Shown here in pieces: positions 17,506-26,238 of a stretch of 58,606 nucleotides of DNA. The DNA comes from a virus. Its lineage: Duplodnaviria > Caudoviricetes. Every line of letters starts with the position of its first letter. Within the stretch, counting starts at the first letter, position 1. The notes beneath the pieces were generated by a model that was not told the DNA's origin, searched no databases, and worked only from the letters and a program-made list of their open reading frames with translations. The translations under genes were made by a program, and so were the position numbers. The stretch spans positions 1-58,606 of the IMG/VR virus record IMGVR_UViG_3300026528_000001, one strand, 5' to 3'.

Positions 17506-17804
17506 AGCCGGAAGAATCTATGGTCATCTCGGAAGCTGTTGATGCCGTGATCCGTTTCTGCTCATCCACCGCGGAGATAGACAAGCTCCATGCCAAGGCC
17601 TTGGAGGAATTGACCGGCCTCGTCAGGAATCTCCACGACCGGGCACTGGCTCTGGAGGAGAGGCTGGCTGTGGTCGAGAGGCGGTTTCAGGAAAACGTCA
17701 CCATCGACTACACCACACCACCGGGCACGTTCGTGCGGACGAAAGTCTCGCAGAGTGACCCGGCCGCCTCTCTCAAGACGCCCAACTGGGAGAAGAAGTT
17801 GTGA
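17502..17804 (+). CDS. Coiled-coil hypothetical protein
   Basis: ATGA-coupled ORF. Confidence 0.65.
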   Translation: MKPEESMVISEAVDAVIRFCSSTAEIDKLHAKALEELTGLVRNLHDRALALEERLAVVERRFQENVTIDYTTPPGTFVRTKVSQSDPAASLKTPNWEKKL

Positions 17805-18547
17805 CCATGGTCAACGCGGTGATGCTCGTCAGAGACAGGTTAGAACTCACCCGGCAGGCGATCTTCACAATGCTTGATCATGTGCCTGTCGGTTCGCTCA
17901 ACCTCACCATTGCGGATGACGGCAGCCAGGACGAGACGCGTTTCCTTCTCGAGCGATTTGCCAATGACCGTGTCCGCGTCCTGCGCCTCTTCCCCCCCGT
18001 GGGCATAGTCGGCCTCGCTCGCAACTTGGGCATCCTCGCCAGTGAGAGACTGTTTGGCCGGGGCGACTATCTCTATCTGGCGGACAATGACGCCTACCAC
18101 CTGCCCGGCTGGCTCGATACGCTACGTGGCGCATTTGAACGGGCTGAACCGCACGTCAAACTTCTCGGTGGTTACACTCATCCGTATCATGGCGTCAACC
18201 AATGGGCGCCAGCATCGTCACCAAGAATCGGTCTGCATGACGCGGTTCAGGGACTCTCTCAACTGATGCGTTGGAATACGTTTGACCGCTACGGGCCGTT
18301 TGACTCAAACGCTCAGGGCACTAACCAGTCAGAAGATTTTGCCTTTTGTCAGAGAATCATCAAGGACAGCTATCTGGTTGGCTCAATCTATCCTAGGGTA
18401 ATCATCAACTGCGGTCTGCTCGACTCCTACGGCAAGCCGTGTGTTGGGTATGAGGCGGTGCAGGCGGAGTTAGAGGCGGAGATAAGGGCACGGGGTTTGG
18501 AGGGAAAGGTGTACTACCCAACGGTGGGGGAGAAGGCGTCAGCATGA
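17801..18547 (+). CDS. Glycosyltransferase, GT2 family
   Basis: IADDGSQD, ARNLGI, LADNDAY and SEDFAFCQR motifs. Confidence 0.9.
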   Translation: MTMVNAVMLVRDRLELTRQAIFTMLDHVPVGSLNLTIADDGSQDETRFLLERFANDRVRVLRLFPPVGIVGLARNLGILASERLFGRGDYLYLADNDAYHLPGWLDTLRGAFERAEPHVKLLGGYTHPYHGVNQWAPASSPRIGLHDAVQGLSQLMRWNTFDRYGPFDSNAQGTNQSEDFAFCQRIIKDSYLVGSIYPRVIINCGLLDSYGKPCVGYEAVQAELEAEIRARGLEGKVYYPTVGEKASA

Positions 18548-18665
18548 AATGGTACAAGGCCGTGGCCATTCTGTGCCTCATGGCAACCATCGCTTTCTTC
18601 ATTGACATCTATGGATTCGGTTTTGGTCCCACGCCCGTGCTGCGCTAGGCGTCTCACCGGGCCTT

Positions 18666-19232
18666 ATGGATGCTGATGGGGATAGCTTGGTACGAGTGGA
18701 CAAGGTGAGCGGACTGAGAATCAACGCCGGGTCAGGTCAGAGACCCTTCGCCAATTTCGTCAACCTCGACATCCAGGAGAAGTGGCGCCAGCCGGCCCTG
18801 GACAAGGGCGGTGAATTCATCTTGGGTGACATGGACAGTCTCCCGTTTCCCGATGAGTCCGCCTCACTGGTAGTGTCTCATCATACGCTGGAGCACATGG
18901 GCTGTGGCGAGGCTGCGCCCTTCGTCAAAGAAGCTCATCGTGTCCTGCGTCCCGGCGGGAGTCTCTTGGTGTTTGTCCCTGACATGCTGGCGCTCGCACG
19001 GGCCTACCTCGAGGGCAAACTCACCACACAGGTCTACCTGACTAATGTCTACGGGGCCTACATGGGCGATCCGCACGATGCCCATGCGTGGGGTTTCGAC
19101 AGGGGGAGTCTTTATGACTTCCTGCGTGCCTCGGCCCCATGGAAGAGAGTGATGCGCTTCGACTGGCGCGACATCCAGGGAATGGACGCCGCCCGGGACT
19201 GGTGGGTACTCGATTGCGAGGCGGTCAAGTGA
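18666..19232 (+). CDS. Class I SAM-dependent methyltransferase
   Basis: INAGSG, NLDI, LPFPDES, SHHTLEH and RVLRPGGSLLVFVPD motifs. Confidence 0.9.
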   Translation: MDADGDSLVRVDKVSGLRINAGSGQRPFANFVNLDIQEKWRQPALDKGGEFILGDMDSLPFPDESASLVVSHHTLEHMGCGEAAPFVKEAHRVLRPGGSLLVFVPDMLALARAYLEGKLTTQVYLTNVYGAYMGDPHDAHAWGFDRGSLYDFLRASAPWKRVMRFDWRDIQGMDAARDWWVLDCEAVK

Positions 19233-19480
19233 CAAAGAAGGCGCCTGCTGCACTGGAGGCTGCGTATCATGCGGCGTGGGGAGAACCGGTCAACCGTTGC
19301 GACAGCCGCAACCCGCACGACAGTGTTCGGCTGCAGCATTTGGTCCAGGATCTCTACTTTCCTGTCCGCTGGATGGCCCGGTGCGTGAAACCAAAGGGTC
19401 ACCCCGGCCCTCACCTCGGCCCGGACGAATCGGTGTGGCATGATGCGAAGGCAGAGGCGAAATGTACTCCGAAAGAGTGA
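19229..19480 (+). CDS. Small Cys/His hypothetical protein
   Basis: GTG at 19229; C...C.KPKGHPGPH. Confidence 0.5.
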   Translation: MTKKAPAALEAAYHAAWGEPVNRCDSRNPHDSVRLQHLVQDLYFPVRWMARCVKPKGHPGPHLGPDESVWHDAKAEAKCTPKE

Positions 19481-20688
19481 CTGATTCCCAGATCCGCCTG
19501 ACCGAGCGTTCTCACCACGGGCGCCTCCACCTCACCTACCACTCCGTCTCTGAGTGCGACGACATGGGGAAGAAGCTTGCCTCGGCCATCGACGAGAGTG
19601 GGAATCAAAAACGCAAGCTCACCGAGCCCGAGCGTGACTTCGTCCGCAATGAGAGAATCCTGAGTAAGATTGACTTCCATTACTGGCGAGAGAGGTACGC
19701 CAGTCTCATACGTGACCCGGTGGAAGGCGGTGGCCTCGGCAGATTTGACCACCTCTGGGATTCCCAAGTGGAGATTCTTCGCTTGGTAGCCAAGGCCGAA
19801 GAGGACGCCTACGACGCCTTCCTCGCCGGCGACCCCAGCGACGGAGTACTCCTGGCAATTCACAAGGCCCGCCAACTGGGTGCCTCCATGCTGGCGCAGG
19901 CCATGTTGTGGCACCGGGTTACCACCACCGAACACCTCCGGGCCCTCATTGCGAGTGTGGAAGGTGAGAAGACCCGCCTTCTCTATGACCGGGGTGACCG
20001 CATACTGAACAATCTGCCGTGGTGGCTCAAGCCCTCCGTCCGCTATCAGGTCAAGGGCGAGCATACGATGTTCGACCGGTTAGACACGATTATCACGTTG
20101 CAGGATGCGAAGCAGACCACCGGTCTGGGCCAAGGGGAGCAGTGGGACATCTCGCATCTTACTGAGTGCGCGAGCTGGCCTTACCCAAATGTGATTGAGC
20201 ATGATTTCTTCCCCACGATCCCACAGAGTCCTCTGGCTCTTTCCTTTCTCGAATCCACCGCGCAAGGCAGAGGCAACTGGTGGCATGATTTCACCGAGCG
20301 TGTCCGCAACGGCAAGACCCGGCGCTGGCGCTATTGCTTCATCCCCTGGTACATCGAGACCAAGAAGTATCGCGCCAAACCTCCCGCCAATTGGATCCCC
20401 TCGGACGTGTCCATGCTCCACGCCAAGATGGTTCACGACACCTCTGCCGAGTGGTGCGGCGGCCGGTCGGTGTTCTTACCCAAAGAACAACTCTATTGGT
20501 ACGAGACCACCCGCGCGGAGTACCAGGAAGCGGGGAAGCTGAATTTATTCCTGACCAATTACGCGGCGACGCCCGAGGAGTCATTTCAACATTCGGGTTC
20601 AACGGCCTTTACGCCTGAATGCCTGGAATGGGCCAGGCTCATGACGACGAGAGCCAAGGCGACGGCCTACGATCTGGTGACGCGATGA
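19462..20688 (+). CDS. terL: Terminase large subunit, ATPase half
   Basis: Walker A HKARQLGAS, Walker B SHLTECASW, coupling motif ESTAQG, FIPWY, EESFQHSG; ends before any nuclease domain. Confidence 0.9.
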   Translation: MYSERVTDSQIRLTERSHHGRLHLTYHSVSECDDMGKKLASAIDESGNQKRKLTEPERDFVRNERILSKIDFHYWRERYASLIRDPVEGGGLGRFDHLWDSQVEILRLVAKAEEDAYDAFLAGDPSDGVLLAIHKARQLGASMLAQAMLWHRVTTTEHLRALIASVEGEKTRLLYDRGDRILNNLPWWLKPSVRYQVKGEHTMFDRLDTIITLQDAKQTTGLGQGEQWDISHLTECASWPYPNVIEHDFFPTIPQSPLALSFLESTAQGRGNWWHDFTERVRNGKTRRWRYCFIPWYIETKKYRAKPPANWIPSDVSMLHAKMVHDTSAEWCGGRSVFLPKEQLYWYETTRAEYQEAGKLNLFLTNYAATPEESFQHSGSTAFTPECLEWARLMTTRAKATAYDLVTR

Positions 20689-20927
20689 TGAAGCTTCACC
20701 CGGATGGAACGGTTCGCAAGTACGGGGGCCAGTTTGAGGAAGGCGACTGGACCGTCAGTCCCGCCGAACTGGTCGAGCCGCCAAGCGTGGAGCCGAATCT
20801 CTCCTGTGAATGCGGCTCCGATCAGTTCAAGGTGTGCTGGTGGGATTACCCCAATTGCGGCGGCTACTGCCGCGTGGTGTGCGCCGCCTGTGAGAAGGAT
20901 CTGGTTCTGATTAACGACTACGCCTGA
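20685..20927 (+). CDS. Small zinc-ribbon protein
   Basis: CECG and CAAC; ATGA overlap with the terL-N stop. Confidence 0.65.
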   Translation: MMKLHPDGTVRKYGGQFEEGDWTVSPAELVEPPSVEPNLSCECGSDQFKVCWWDYPNCGGYCRVVCAACEKDLVLINDYA

Positions 20928-20944
20928 GAGAGGTTGGAGGCCCA

Positions 20945-21229
20945 ATGATGACCGATGCTGAGGTCGCGGCAGTGGAACTCAGGCGACTCAGGGAGAAACG
21001 CCGTCTCCGCTTGCGTCCCGCCTCCAGAGTGACCAGGATGAGAGTTGAACGTGAGCGCCTTGGCCTGACGGTGCGCGAGGTTGCACGCTATGTCGGAATC
21101 TCGAACTCTTTCGTGAGCCAAGTGGAAAACGGCATGGCCGAACCTTCGCTGTCGAAGGGTCTACGGCTGGCCAGGTTTTTCGGTCTTGCTCCCGGGGAGT
21201 TGCTGGTCACGGTGAAGGAGGAAAAGTGA
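20945..21229 (+). CDS. XRE-family HTH protein
   Basis: GLTVREVARYVGISNSFVSQVENGMAEPSL. Confidence 0.9.
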   Translation: MMTDAEVAAVELRRLREKRRLRLRPASRVTRMRVERERLGLTVREVARYVGISNSFVSQVENGMAEPSLSKGLRLARFFGLAPGELLVTVKEEK

Positions 21230-21296
21230 ACCGATTTCTGACCGATTGGTATGAGTTCGTGGCGGTGAAGCTCGGGGTATTCATCTGGAGGCTCCC

Positions 21297-21482
21297 GTGA
21301 AAGTAACAGTTGACTTCGACTACGACGACGCTTTGGCCCGTGCGGTGGCCATCCATAACGGCGGCCGCGGTCTCGCCGGCCCGGAGGAGGTCCGCTCCTG
21401 GGCTAAAGAACAACTCAGCATCGCCGGGGAGATGGCCGTCGAGGAGATGCGCGAGTCCATGGAAGAAGGAGAACCCTCATGA
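21297..21482 (+). CDS. Hypothetical protein
   Basis: GGAGG RBS; coupled to the next ORF. Confidence 0.6.
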   Translation: MKVTVDFDYDDALARAVAIHNGGRGLAGPEEVRSWAKEQLSIAGEMAVEEMRESMEEGEPS

Positions 21483-21724
21483 GCCAGACCAGAGTGGTTG
21501 TCTGTCGCTTTGACAGTACTGGTCACCTGGAGGGAAAGAAGCGTACTTATAAGGCGGTCAAGGCCGCCGTGCTCGAAGAGGGCTGCTTCTCTGTCTTCGA
21601 GGCAACCGCCAGCATGAAGGACGCGAAGTTGTTCACTCGCCTACACCATGACCCCGAGATCGAGATTGACAAGGAGAATTCCGTCTTCCCGTGGATTGCC
21701 GTGAGGAGGAAGGAACCTTCCTGA
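21479..21724 (+). CDS. Hypothetical protein
   Basis: AGGAG RBS; ATGA overlap. Confidence 0.65.
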   Translation: MSQTRVVVCRFDSTGHLEGKKRTYKAVKAAVLEEGCFSVFEATASMKDAKLFTRLHHDPEIEIDKENSVFPWIAVRRKEPS

Positions 21725-21725
21725 T

Positions 21726-22217
21726 ATGAACGCGCATCAGAAGATCGCCTTGGCCAATCATTGCCGCCTCGCTGTCGAGGTCGTCCGCCCCATGTTTCAC
21801 TGGGTGCGCCCCGACGGCATGACTGTCACTCTGACCGTTAACTCGGGCTACGAGTTAATCGAGGAAGGCTATGGCGGGCCCGTGTGGCACGCCAGTGTCT
21901 GTCCCCAGGGGCGGAAAGTGTCACAGCGCATCTTGGCTTATGAAACACACGGTGTGCTTCGCGGTGTGGGTTTCGCCTCTCTGGGAGAATGGGCAGAATA
22001 CAGCCCTGACTTGACCGCCTATCACTTGCGTCGTCGCCTCAGTCCTGTTGAGGAAATGCTGATAGTCCCGCCGGTCGCAGACATTCGCGGTACAAAGGAG
22101 GCGTGGGACAGAGTGGATCGGGTGCGCGAGGAATTGCCCAAACATAAAGAAATGATCATGTGCTGGGAAGAGATGCTGCGTCAGGAGTTGGGGAGAGTGA
22201 GCCGATGCGCACTGTGA
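21726..22217 (+). CDS. Hypothetical protein
   Basis: 163-aa ORF in the operon; WHASV motif. Confidence 0.65.
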   Translation: MNAHQKIALANHCRLAVEVVRPMFHWVRPDGMTVTLTVNSGYELIEEGYGGPVWHASVCPQGRKVSQRILAYETHGVLRGVGFASLGEWAEYSPDLTAYHLRRRLSPVEEMLIVPPVADIRGTKEAWDRVDRVREELPKHKEMIMCWEEMLRQELGRVSRCAL

Positions 22218-22576
22218 TCTGTGGCGGTCCCAAGACCGGCAAGACCACCCTCTCCCAATCTCTTCCCAGTCCCGTCTACCATACCGACGACCGCATCTCT
22301 CTGGGCTGGTCCGAAGCTTCCGAGTCCGTCTCCCAACTCTTCTCCTCTCCCGGCCCCTGGACCGTCGAGGGCGCCGCCGCCGCCAGGGCGTTACGCAAGT
22401 GGCTCGCCTCCAATCCCACAGGCAAACCTTGCGACCAAGTCATCCTCCTCTCGGGCGTCATGGACTCCGCTCAGTACACTCCCCGCCACGCCGCCATGGC
22501 CAAGGGCATAGAGACCGTCTTCAGTGAGATCGAAGGGGAACTCCTCGCAAGAGGGGTCGAGGTTATTCGCCAATGA
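22205..22576 (+). CDS. Small P-loop (nucleotide-kinase-like) NTPase
   Basis: VICGGPKTGKTT, HTDD and WTVEG motifs. Confidence 0.78.
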   Translation: MRTVICGGPKTGKTTLSQSLPSPVYHTDDRISLGWSEASESVSQLFSSPGPWTVEGAAAARALRKWLASNPTGKPCDQVILLSGVMDSAQYTPRHAAMAKGIETVFSEIEGELLARGVEVIRQ

Positions 22577-23667
22577 ATATTCTCCTTGTCCAACTCGACG
22601 GCCGTCTTCCCAACCTCGCCGTCATGCGCCTCTCTGCTCACCACAAAGCCATGGGCGACACCGTCGAATTCCACCGTGGCCGCGTCACTCAACCCAACCT
22701 CTTCTTCCGCCCCGACCGTGTGTACGCCTCGCTGATCTTCGAGAAGACACGGCCTTACGCGCATGAACTCTTGCGGACTTATCCCGACGCCATTCCGGGC
22801 GGCACCGGCTGGAGCATCGCAGACACTTTGGAAGACCATGATGTGGAGACTTTGACGCAGGACTACTCCTTCTATCCCAATTTCCCTTTCTCCATCGGCT
22901 TCACCTCCCGTGGCTGCCGCATGCGCTGTCCCTTCTGTGTGGTTCCGCGTAAGGAAGGCCGTCCGCGCGCCGTCTCCACTATTGCTGGCATCTGGCGCGG
23001 CAACCCGTGGCCGCGCAAGCTCATCCTGCTCGACAACGACTTCTTCGGCCAGCCCGAGAGTCAGTGGCAGGCGCGCATCCAAGAAATCCGTGAAGGCAAC
23101 TTCCGCATCTCCTTCTGCCAGGGCGTCAACGTCCGCCAGATTACTCCCGAGTCCGCCGCCGCTCTCGCTTCCGTCCATTACCGCGACAACGAATTCCGCG
23201 AGCGCATCCTCTACACCGCTTGGGACAACCTAGGCGACGAGAAGGTATTCAAGCGCGGCGTCGGCATTCTCAATTCGGCTGGCATTCCGTCCTCCCATCT
23301 GCGCGTCTACATGCTCATCGGCTACCGCCAGGACGAAACTTGGGACGAGATCCTCTACCGCTTCCACTCCCTCGTCTCTCTCGGCTGCCAGCCCTACCCC
23401 ATGGTCTACGGTGACACTCGCCCAGATCTGAAGGCCTTCCAGCGCTGGGCCGTCACAGGCCTCTACAGGGCGGTGAGGTGGGAGGACTATCGTGACCCGA
23501 GACTCATAGGCAGACGCGTGGTCAGAGGCCTCACCGGGGGTGGAGCTTGGGCAATCCACTCAGGGTTCGCAGAGCGAACCGGAGAGGGATTGGACAAGCG
23601 AGGAGGGGACCAAAGGGGGCAAGCTCCCTTTGAGAACCACCAACTGCGAGGAGTGGACACTCGGTGA
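22573..23667 (+). CDS. Radical SAM protein
   Basis: PNLAVMRLS, GGTG, SRGCRMRCPFC (CxxxCxxC), LLDNDF, QGVNVR and YMLIGY motifs. Confidence 0.92.
   Translation: MNILLVQLDGRLPNLAVMRLSAHHKAMGDTVEFHRGRVTQPNLFFRPDRVYASLIFEKTRPYAHELLRTYPDAIPGGTGWSIADTLEDHDVETLTQDYSFYPNFPFSIGFTSRGCRMRCPFCVVPRKEGRPRAVSTIAGIWRGNPWPRKLILLDNDFFGQPESQWQARIQEIREGNFRISFCQGVNVRQITPESAAALASVHYRDNEFRERILYTAWDNLGDEKVFKRGVGILNSAGIPSSHLRVYMLIGYRQDETWDEILYRFHSLVSLGCQPYPMVYGDTRPDLKAFQRWAVTGLYRAVRWEDYRDPRLIGRRVVRGLTGGGAWAIHSGFAERTGEGLDKRGGDQRGQAPFENHQLRGVDTR
23525..23610. repeat. Palindromic element copy C, in the radical SAM C-terminus
   Basis: GGCCTCACCGGGGGTGGA, a long interrupted hairpin, then GAGGAGGGGAC. Confidence 0.85.
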
Positions 23668-23912
23668 ATTCCCATCAGCGCGTCTGCATTGAGTGCGGTC
23701 AAGTCAAATCCAGAGAAAGGGACTTCCCGGCTGTGAATGATCCTTCCCGTGTTCAGCCTCGCTATCTTGACCGCTGCTGGGCCTGCTATCGTAGCATCCT
23801 CAGACGCATCGACATTCGCGAGCGCATACGCGAACTCAGGGTCAGGGGCCTTACCAGGGGTGGAGCTTCGAACGTGCGCAGCACGGACGAAGCGAGGAGG
23901 GGGGACAAGTGA
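23664..23912 (+). CDS. Small zinc-finger protein
   Basis: CIEC and CWAC. Confidence 0.65.
   Translation: MNSHQRVCIECGQVKSRERDFPAVNDPSRVQPRYLDRCWACYRSILRRIDIRERIRELRVRGLTRGGASNVRSTDEARRGDK
23845..23906. repeat. Palindromic element copy D, in an ORF C-terminus
   Basis: GGCCTTACCAGGGGTGGA-GCTTCG..CGTGCGCAGCACG..CGAAGC-GAGGAGGGGGGAC. Confidence 0.85.
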
Positions 23913-24169
23913 CACGACCATGGATAACCGAGCAACTCATCTCTCTCGTCGAATCTCCCGCCGTCACCCAGCCCGTCATCGCCCGCGCCTACTCCGCGGC
24001 ACTGTCTTACTCTGGCGTCAGATGGTCCGAGGTCAATGCCGCCATTCTCCGCCGCTACAAGCCGTCGGGTCTCACGCGCATCAAGGAAATGGCTTGGAAG
24101 ATAACGGAAACCTATGAGGAGGTTCTTGATGAAATGAGGGCAGAGACTTACAGGAGGTCGGGTGCCTGA
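23909..24169 (+). CDS. Hypothetical protein
   Basis: WSEVNAAILRRY.PSGL.RIK..AW; coupled on both sides. Confidence 0.7.
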   Translation: MTRPWITEQLISLVESPAVTQPVIARAYSAALSYSGVRWSEVNAAILRRYKPSGLTRIKEMAWKITETYEEVLDEMRAETYRRSGA

Positions 24170-24998
24170 AACCTACCGTATCGGCACCTTCGGTAGTCTT
24201 GTTCCCGTCTCTTACGACAGAGATCCAAGAGGTGTGATTTTTTTGTTCGAACCTCCCAATCCCCGTGCCACCTATGTCCTGGGCTGTGATCCCACCAAGG
24301 GGATCACCGGTTGGTCCCGCGAACTCCGCACGCAAGACGACTCCAAGACCGACAACGGGGCCATCGAGATCATCCGCAAGGGGCGCACCCAAGAAGACCC
24401 AGATGTCCAAGTCTGTGAATTCGCGGCCCCCATAGACCCCTACGAACTGGCCATCTACTGCAACATCCTCGGGCGCCTCTACGGAGGGGCGGACGAATCC
24501 GGCCAGGCCCTCACGATAATCGAGGTGTGGCCCGGACCAGGACTGCCGACTCAGCGTGAGTTGATCAACAGGTACGGGTATACGAATCTGTTTGTCTGGA
24601 AATACCTGGACTCTATGGCGGTCAAGGCCACTCACTCACTAGGCTGGACCTCCACTCAGAAGTCGGTCCGTGACCTTTGGATCATGGGCTCGCGCCACAT
24701 CCAGGGTCGGCACTTCCTCCCTGCCTCCCCGTGGCTGGTGGAGGAGATGTCGGACTGCGAGACAGACCCGGTCAAGATGTCAGGCAAAGCGATCTACGGC
24801 CGTCACGACGACCGGGTGCGCGCCTTACTCATGGCCATCTGGGCGGCTCACGACTGGAGTTTCCAAGTTGAGATCCCGGAGAATGTGGACATCGAGACCG
24901 GCGCCCCTGGTTTGGATTGGCAGAGAAGTGACATCAGTGTGGAAGACATGCTGAGCGAGTGGGATGACCGCTTCAGCAGAATGTTGGAGGGTGGGTGA
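24162..24998 (+). CDS. terL: Terminase large subunit, RNase H-like nuclease half
   Basis: LFEPP...YVLGCDPTKG, DNGAI, IIEVWPGPG, GW.ST and HDDRV motifs. Confidence 0.88.
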   Translation: MPETYRIGTFGSLVPVSYDRDPRGVIFLFEPPNPRATYVLGCDPTKGITGWSRELRTQDDSKTDNGAIEIIRKGRTQEDPDVQVCEFAAPIDPYELAIYCNILGRLYGGADESGQALTIIEVWPGPGLPTQRELINRYGYTNLFVWKYLDSMAVKATHSLGWTSTQKSVRDLWIMGSRHIQGRHFLPASPWLVEEMSDCETDPVKMSGKAIYGRHDDRVRALLMAIWAAHDWSFQVEIPENVDIETGAPGLDWQRSDISVEDMLSEWDDRFSRMLEGG

Positions 24999-25222
24999 AA
25001 CTGAAGGAGAAGTTGCGGTCAAGCGTGGACTATGAGCGGGCGGCGGAGTTCTATGGAAAGAAAATCGTCCTTTTCAAAGCGGATGCCGTTATGGGTGCTG
25101 GGTCGGCTCAAGAACTCATGAATGCGGTTGTGGCCCGTGAGGCTCTGGTGATTCTTGCCGCTGTGGCACATGCCAAAGAAATGATGTCCGGGAAGGAAGA
25201 GGAAATCGAGTTGGAAGGATAA
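24995..25222 (+). CDS. Hypothetical protein
   Basis: GTGA overlap and GGAGG RBS. Confidence 0.55.
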   Translation: MKLKEKLRSSVDYERAAEFYGKKIVLFKADAVMGAGSAQELMNAVVAREALVILAAVAHAKEMMSGKEEEIELEG

Positions 25223-25248
25223 TCTGTTGCGTCCGCTCCCGTCTTGTA

Positions 25249-25680
25249 GTGAAATATCCCGCCGTGGACACCGCTACCGCTGAAACCCGTGAGCAAATCC
25301 TGATCCGCCTCCAGGTAGACCTTCCCTCCGACATTGCCACAAGTTATGAGGCTCAGGCTAAGGAGCGGGGGATGACCATGGAGCAACTTCTGTCTGAGCG
25401 CCTTTTCCGGTGTGTCTCTCACACCGCCGCCTCGGGCCTCTACTTTTCCGACGCTGAACGCAATGAACTCGAGCGCATCTTCGGTCGTCAGCTCAAGACC
25501 GCCGCGGACGTGATCCGCCACGGGGCCAAGCTGGTGACCATCTCTGTGGAAGGAATCAAGGTGGGCCTTACTCCCCGTCTCATCACCCGGATCAAGTCGC
25601 GCACTTTCCGCACCCCGCTCGCAGAGGTGGTCAAGCGCGAGGTCCGGGCGGGTCTGGAACTCTTCTGTGGGATGAGGTGA
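25249..25680 (+). CDS. Hypothetical protein, possible RHH-like N-terminus
   Basis: LQVDLP...YEAQAKERGMTMEQLL. Confidence 0.6.
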   Translation: MKYPAVDTATAETREQILIRLQVDLPSDIATSYEAQAKERGMTMEQLLSERLFRCVSHTAASGLYFSDAERNELERIFGRQLKTAADVIRHGAKLVTISVEGIKVGLTPRLITRIKSRTFRTPLAEVVKREVRAGLELFCGMR

Positions 25681-25797
25681 GAGAATGCGGAGCCGGACAG
25701 TCCCCCTCGCCCCTTGTTTTTGTAGGTCAAACCGAGGCGCTTTCTCCGTCTCGGCTCCGCACGGATTCATATCGGCACACACCATGGACTGATTTAG

Positions 25798-26238
25798 ATG
25801 CCACTGCACGACCTTATCTGCTCCTCCTGTTCCGTCACCCTACGTCACTTCCTCTCCCCTTGGCCCGACCGGGTCGTTCACCTGGAGGATGGGGGCCAGT
25901 TCGAGATCCTGTGGTCTGACCCGGGTCGCACCCACACCGCTCAAGTTCACCCCCGGGAGAGGATAGTCCTGTGGCGTCACCCAAAGTCAGGCCAAGTCGC
26001 CTACCCGGGACGGAATGATGCCGTGATGCCGGAGCGCTACCGCAAACTAGGTTATGAGCGCGTTGAACTCCACAACCTGCGAAGCGTGGAGCGGTTCGAG
26101 AAGGAGAGTCATGTCTTAGGTCATGGGGTCAGGTCAGAAATAGCCTGGTTTGATCGGGGTTCGGGCCGGGGTTTTGACGACCGCATCCCGGACCTTCCCC
26201 CTACCGATCCCTCTGTGCGTGGAGGGTTTCGCCGGTGA
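25798..26238 (+). CDS. FmdB-like zinc-ribbon protein upstream of portal
   Basis: MPLHDLICSSC start. Confidence 0.6.
   Translation: MPLHDLICSSCSVTLRHFLSPWPDRVVHLEDGGQFEILWSDPGRTHTAQVHPRERIVLWRHPKSGQVAYPGRNDAVMPERYRKLGYERVELHNLRSVERFEKESHVLGHGVRSEIAWFDRGSGRGFDDRIPDLPPTDPSVRGGFRR

Noticed and set aside
23525-23906. Element copies as a CRISPR or mini-array
   Set aside because: Copies are dispersed, the inner parts are self-complementary stems rather than spacers, and there is no cas operon
20689-24161. Terminase gap as an intron, intein or excisable element
   Set aside because: No splicing motifs, reverse transcriptase, recombinase or flanking att repeats seen; ORFs overlap both terL halves. 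The repeated ETY codons near 24105-24180 are too short to count
25695-25765. Possible fifth, inverted element copy (GTCCCCCTCGC...hairpin...GCTCC)
   Set aside because: Arms match only partly and the CCCCYGGTGAGG arm is missing
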